NCBI GenBank assembly: GCA_951406725.2
Contig: OX597840.1
Coordinates: 6,510,001-6,574,000, forward strand
From: Octopus vulgaris
Taxonomy: Eukaryota
Reading direction: 5' to 3'
DNA length: 64,000 nucleotides
Under the pieces are notes generated by a model. The model made no database searches. It was not told the DNA's origin and worked only from the letters and a program-made list of their open reading frames with translations. How positions within the stretch are numbered: the stretch's first letter is position 1; each line of letters starts with the position of its first letter. The position numbers and the translations under genes are program-made. Shown piece by piece: positions 57,806-64,000 of this stretch.

Positions 57806-58624
57806 GAACCAGTGCCGAGTTAGTATAAAGTATAAAGGACCAGCGCCGAGTTAGTATAAAGTATAAAGGACCAGCGCCGAGTTAGTATAAAGTATAAAGT
57901 ACCAGTGCCGAGTTAATATAAAGTATAAAGAACCAGTGCCGAAAAGAGCCAGCGCCGAGTTAGTATAAAGTATAAAGAACCAGTGCCGAGTTAGTATAAA
58001 GAACCAGCGCCGAGTTAGTATAAAGTATAAAGAACCAGTGCCGAGTTAGTATAAAGTATAAAGAACCAGCGCCGAGTTAGTATAAAGTATAAAGGACCAG
58101 CGCCGAGTTAGTATAAAGTATAAAGTACCAGTGCCGAGTTAATATAAAGTATAAAGAACCAGTGCCGAAAAGAACCAGCGCCGAGTTAGTATAAAGTATA
58201 AAGAACCAGTGCCGAGTTAGTATAAAGTATAAAGAACCAGCGCCGAGTTAGTATAAAGTATAAAGGACCAGTGCCGAGTTAATATAAAGTATAAAGAACC
58301 AGTGCCGAAAAGAACCAGCGCCGAGTTAGTATAAAGTATAAAGGACCAGTGCCGAGTTAATATAAAGTATAAAGAACCAGTGCCGAAAAGAACCAGCGCC
58401 GAGTTAGTATAAAGTATAAAGGACCAGCGCCGAGTTAGTATAAAGTATAAAGGACCAGCGCCGAGTTAGTATAAAGTATAAAGTACCAGTGCCGAGTTAA
58501 TATAAAGTATAAAGAACCAGTGCCGAAAAGAACCAGCGCCGAGTTAGTATAAAGTATAAAGAACCAGTGCCGAAAAGAACCAGCGCCGAGTTAGTATAAA
58601 GTATAAAGAACCAGCGCCGAGTTA
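57806..58624. repeat. 31-bp minisatellite with interspersed 16-bp truncated units
   Basis: (GAACCAGYGCCGAGTTAGTATAAAGTATAAA)n with GAACCAGTGCCGAAAA variants. Confidence 0.95.
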
Positions 58625-58899
58625 GCGTTGGGCGCCAAGTATGCAGAACCCCGCCTTTTTTGTTAAAGTTGAAAGACACATTTCGTAAATCATAAAAAGG
58701 TGGTGGTGTGAAATGATCCTGCGAAAAAATGCTAAGAAATGCAATTATTTGTAAAATCCTTCTTTATGAATAAAATAAATTAAAATGATTTTCGTTTGGA
58801 CTTCATTTTTTGTTTTGATTTTCGCTGATATTAGAATGGCGATATTATTTGTAATGAAAATTTCATTGTCAACGGAAATCGAAATATAGTTTTGGTATA

Positions 58900-59067
58900 A
58901 TGTGTGGTAAGTAGCTTGCTTACCAGCCACATGGTTCCGGGTTCAGTCCCACTGCGTGGGAGCTTGGGCAAGTGTCTTCTACTATAGCCGCGGCCCGACC
59001 AAAGCCTTGTGAGTGGATTTGGTAGACGGAAACTGAAAGAAGCCCGCCGTATATATGTATATACATA

Positions 59068-59099
<32 letters not shown>

Positions 59100-59170
59100 T
59101 GTGTGTGTGTGTGTATACGTCTGTTTGTCTATGTTTGTCCCCCCCAACATCGCTTGACAACCGATGCTGT
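58900..59170 (+). mobile_element. SINE family A (partial)
   Basis: Homologue, fused to an RTE-like fragment. Confidence 0.75.
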
Positions 59171-59345
59171 CGCAAGGTTCAAAGACAATCGTTGGACTCG
59201 TGCAGTTGTCGGGTGGTACCCGTGCGAACGGAAAAGGCCACTCAGAAGACCTCCAATGATAATTTAAGAAAAATATTTGGAACAACGTGGCGGGGAATGG
59301 CGAGATCGCAAGAGGACAGCATGGCCGATCCAAGTCATCCGTCTG
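59170..59345 (+). mobile_element. RTE-clade LINE 3' fragment
   Basis: VARFKDNRWTRAVVGWYPCERKRPLRRPP resembles the RTE C-terminal HVAR..NRW..W.P..KR..GRP motif. Confidence 0.65.
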
Positions 59346-59531
59346 ATATATATATATATCATAACGAAGATGCTATTTTAAAGCAGGTTTCATGATAACA
59401 ATGGAATATTAATAGATGGGCTGGTTCTATATATACATATTTATTCAGGGAAGAGGGGTAAATTTATTGTGAAGATGAAGCTGACTGAGACTCCATGATA
59501 ATTTTATATATGTATATACATAAATACATAA

Positions 59532-59612
<81 letters not shown>

Positions 59613-59749
59613 CATAAAAAAGCGAGTGGATTTGTAATTTTTCTCATGAACATGTATATTTATTCAGATGTCTTTGTGAGGAAAGTACGAGCCTGCACAA
59701 CCCTGCATACTTATGCAACGTATATCTATCTATTTATTTATCTATCAAT

Positions 59750-59838
<89 letters not shown>

Positions 59839-59864
59839 TATGTGCATATATAAATGTAGATGTA

Positions 59865-59966
<102 letters not shown>

Positions 59967-60222
59967 CATATATTGTATATTCTGTGACAGTGTGCGTAAT
60001 TCAAATATAAGATGTGGTATATAAATATACATACGCACTCTAACACATATATGCGTATTCATGCGGTACATTTATACACACAGACACACACATACACATA
60101 CATATCTATCTATCCATCTATCTATCTATGTATATATATATGTGTGTGTGTGTGTCTGTGTGTGTATGTGTGTGTATATATGTATATGTGTATGTATATG
60201 TGTTTGTGTATGTATACAATAA

Positions 60223-60255
<33 letters not shown>

Positions 60256-60544
60256 AATGTGCGTGTGTGTGATGTATATGTGTGTGTGTGTGTGTGTGTG
60301 CGTATGTGTGTGTGTCCCACAGGTGGAACTGATTAGGTAGTGTGGGTGAGGTCCTAAACACATTTCATAAACGTTGACACCCAACACAAAAAAAGATGTC
60401 GCTCAGTTTAAGATAAAGATTCGCTTTTTGGTTGTATTGTTTCTCGTTTATATTTTATTTGTTAATATAAAAGAAAAAGAGATGACTTTAACGATGATAA
60501 CAGCAGCAACGACGACGATGACAACGAAGATGTTGAGGATACAA

Positions 60545-60800
60545 TGGTGGTGGTGGTGGTGGTGGTGGCGATAATGATGATTAAGGTAATGATGATGATG
60601 ATGATGATGATGATGACGGCGATGATTATGATGGTGATGGTGGTGGTGGTGGTGGTGGTGGTGGTGGTGGTCGCGGCGGCGGCGGTGGTGGTGGTTGTGG
60701 TGGTGGTGATGATGATGATGATGATGATGATGATAATGATGATGATGATGATTATACAATGATGATGATTATACAATGATGATGATGATGATGATGACGC

Positions 60801-60838
<38 letters not shown>

Positions 60839-60937
60839 ATGATGATGATGACGCTGATGATGATTATGATGATGATGATGATGATGATGATAATGATGAT
60901 GATGATGATTATACAATGATGATGATGATGATGACGC

Positions 60938-60982
<45 letters not shown>

Positions 60983-60988
60983 CGCTGA

Positions 60989-61022
<34 letters not shown>

Positions 61023-61043
61023 GGTGGTGGTGGTGGTGGTGGT
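60545..61043. repeat. (GAT)n/(GGT)n compound microsatellite
   Basis: Direct reading. Confidence 0.95.
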
Positions 61044-61424
61044 CTGACTTGGTGCGGACGTCCTAGTATGCAGTTCTGCAAATTCTATTCATTTGGCCGG
61101 TCACACCGAAGATCTACGGACATCTTACGTAAGCAAAATTACGTAAGATGTTAATAGTGAAACATATGTGCGAATAATCCATACTTTTATTGCTTTTTCT
61201 TTTGTCTTGCTCGATTACAAACTGGTTGTTTTGCTGAATTTTTTCTTGAGAACATTTCTTAGTGGTAAGACCATAGCGGATCTATTTCTAGCATAAGGGT
61301 GTCCACATAGTGATTATCCCTCTCATATGTATATAATACAATTTTACAGAACCTTCAGTTTTTTTTATATGCTAGACCACTGGTGTGAAATTGATATTAA
61401 TTAAATTAATATCAAATTTCTCAA

Positions 61425-61794
61425 CCAACCACATGGTTCCGGGTTCACTCCCACTGCGGGGCATCTTGGGCAAGTGTCTTCTGCTATAGCCCCGGGCCGA
61501 CCAATGCCTTGTGAGTGGATTTGGTAGACGGAAACTGAAAGAAGCCTGTCGTATATATGTATATATATATATATGTATGTGTGTGTTTGTGTGTCTGTGT
61601 TTGTCCCCATAGCATTGCTTGATAACCGATGCTGGTGTGTTTACGTCCCCGTCACTTAGCGGTTCGGCAAAAGAGACCGATAGAATAAGTCCTGGGCTTA
61701 CAAAGAATAAGTCCCGGGGTCGATTTGCTCGACTAAAGGCGGTGCTCCAGCATGGCCGCAGTCAAATGACTGAAACAAGTAAAAGAGTAAAAGA

Positions 61795-61796
<2 letters not shown>
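61425..61796 (+). mobile_element. SINE family A
   Basis: Homologue with (GTAAAAGA)n tail. Confidence 0.85.
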
Positions 61797-61834
<38 letters not shown>

Positions 61835-61855
61835 TTAAATCCTAAAAACAAATCC

Positions 61856-61911
<56 letters not shown>

Positions 61912-62508
61912 CATATATTCACAGCAATTCCTAGACTATCGCGAGTGTTACGTTCCAAACACCCCCGGGATAGGTGAAAATCCGAGAAGTACAAACAGTA
62001 CTGTACTATATATTTTTTTAATTATTTTTATAATTTGTATATATTTATTTCATTATAAAAACAAAACAACACCACACACTCACCCCACGAGTTTTGTTTT
62101 CCATACAGTATGTGCGATTCTTTATTTACTCATCAATGGTACACGACGTATTCTCTTTTAATATGTTTTAATTAATTTGTTATACAGTGCAGTATTAATC
62201 TGTATTTTTATCTATTAATTTTTTTAATTTTTAGGTGTGAGAAATGCTTATTTTACCACGGAAATACTTAAAAGTCTAAAAAGTATATAAATACCTATCG
62301 ACCGCAGGGACTCGCGATATACTGAGGAGACGGCGATCGGTGAACCGATCCAGGTATCAATGCATTGACACCTGATGCCCAGGCATCAATGCATTGACAC
62401 CTGGGCATCCTTGTTACTTATTTGCTTTTTATTCACCTAACTTCGAGCTGCGCGGTCTATACCGAACTGGCTTTGTGCCTCAATTTAGGTACCTAATTCA
62501 ACTGAATC

Positions 62509-62621
<113 letters not shown>

Positions 62622-62636
62622 TAGATATGGATATGG

Positions 62637-62674
<38 letters not shown>

Positions 62675-62868
62675 ATGTGTATGTATATATACATATATAT
62701 ATACATATATACACACACATTATACGTATGTATGTATATATTTATACACACACGTATGCATATATGTGCATATGCGTATATACAGACGTATACACGCTAT
62801 ATGTATATGTTAAGTGTGTATGAATTTAGAATGTACGCGTATATGTACGTATGTATGTTTGTATGTAT

Positions 62869-62904
<36 letters not shown>

Positions 62905-64000
62905 TCCTCAGCTGATGATTCATTCCATCATTACTCTACGATTGTCACCAATTGTCTAATATTCAGGCGACAAAATGACGAATGTCTGAACTTGGAACTT
63001 GAATCAGATCATTCATGAATGCAGAATACAGAACACGGAACAAGCCAAAACAGTTTTCAAACGGAACCCAAAACAGTCACCTCCCTATAACCATTAAGAA
63101 TAACTTAGTAACACGAGAAGAAATATATCCATAGGAATATATTGAAATGAGCCGTGCCTTGTTCCTATGACGCATTTATAATAGACTGTTTCGAATACCA
63201 AATACCTCAAAACAATGGAATTAGAAAGACATATCACATGGCTTTACCACTCCTACACTTCCTACAGTATGATCGTATCATTCATTGTATGTAATAGTTT
63301 AAATGTCCTTGAGAAGAATGTATTTCACCGCTTTCCTTAAATAGCATGAGTTATTTGATAAGGACACTATTAAAGTTAGCTACACTTGCTCAAAAAATAT
63401 AGTGCTTCCCGAGCGAAGTTCTGGAAGCAGACATGTATTGATTCAAACGCTTGGCGGTGATTTCAATACAGTCACGCCCGGCACATTTAATGAGTAACGT
63501 ATCACAAAGCAGCTTGTGCAAGGAGCAGAAGTCACATCTGTAGATACGACCAAAGAGAATTGCATACGTCTTACGAGAGAACACGCTGAAAATCCATGTA
63601 TATGCATAGTATAATTACACTATATGTGTAGATATGGCTGTGTGCTAAAGAAGATTTTTATTGCAACCACGTGGTTTCGGGTTCAGTTCGACAGCAACTT
63701 TCCATCACAAATACTCCTCGGGTACACCAAGAAAGCCTTGCACGAAGATACAGCATCCCCGAAAACACCTGAAGAAGAGGCGTTACCTGAAGAGCTTTCA
63801 ATCTTCTATGCTGTGCAGTCATTATATTCATTATTTTCACCATCATTGTTTTAAATCAATATCATTCCTTATTAGTGAGTAACCGTACATTTTACTTTAT
63901 TTTTTTATTAACGATTATATATATATAGAGAATTGCTACATAGATGAATTTTAGCTTGCGTGCGAGACGGTTTGCGTGAATATATGTACACGTGCTTTTA

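Noticed and set aside
57806-58624. CRISPR-like array
   Set aside because: There are no unique spacers; it is a pure tandem repeat in eukaryotic DNA with no cas genes.
63390-63590. Cys-rich minus ORF after ttttcag, or plus-strand LGGDFN endonuclease-like motif
   Set aside because: Neither reading is recognisable beyond a few residues, and the plus frame has an internal stop.

Overview
Eukaryotic, AT- and microsatellite-rich animal genomic DNA. An octopod cephalopod is most likely, inferred from the SINE types and (TA)n density. The one well-supported gene is a minus-strand secreted EMI + FAS1 (TGFBI/periostin-like) gene. Nine coding exons run from the ATG at 44102 down to 424, with GT-AG junctions and matching phases (1228 nt, ~409 aa). 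The gene continues beyond the left edge and has a 31-kb first coding intron. The rest is mostly repeats: three tRNA-derived SINE families (one forming 184-bp head-to-tail arrays), RTE-like and L1/Tx1-like LINE fragments, two non-autonomous Helitrons, a TA-flanked MITE, a 31-bp minisatellite and a 100-N gap. The most notable hidden feature is a set of about 17 type-I hammerhead-ribozyme-like motifs, folded by eye only. They sit in short (TA)n-flanked elements with inverted or direct terminal duplications, a Penelope/retrozyme-like layout. They include a U3-A8 covariant core, a CUGUNGA family and a tandem pair 482 nt apart. A possible plus-strand orphan exon lies at 57252-57452. Almost all ORFs in the supplied track are microsatellite artefacts.
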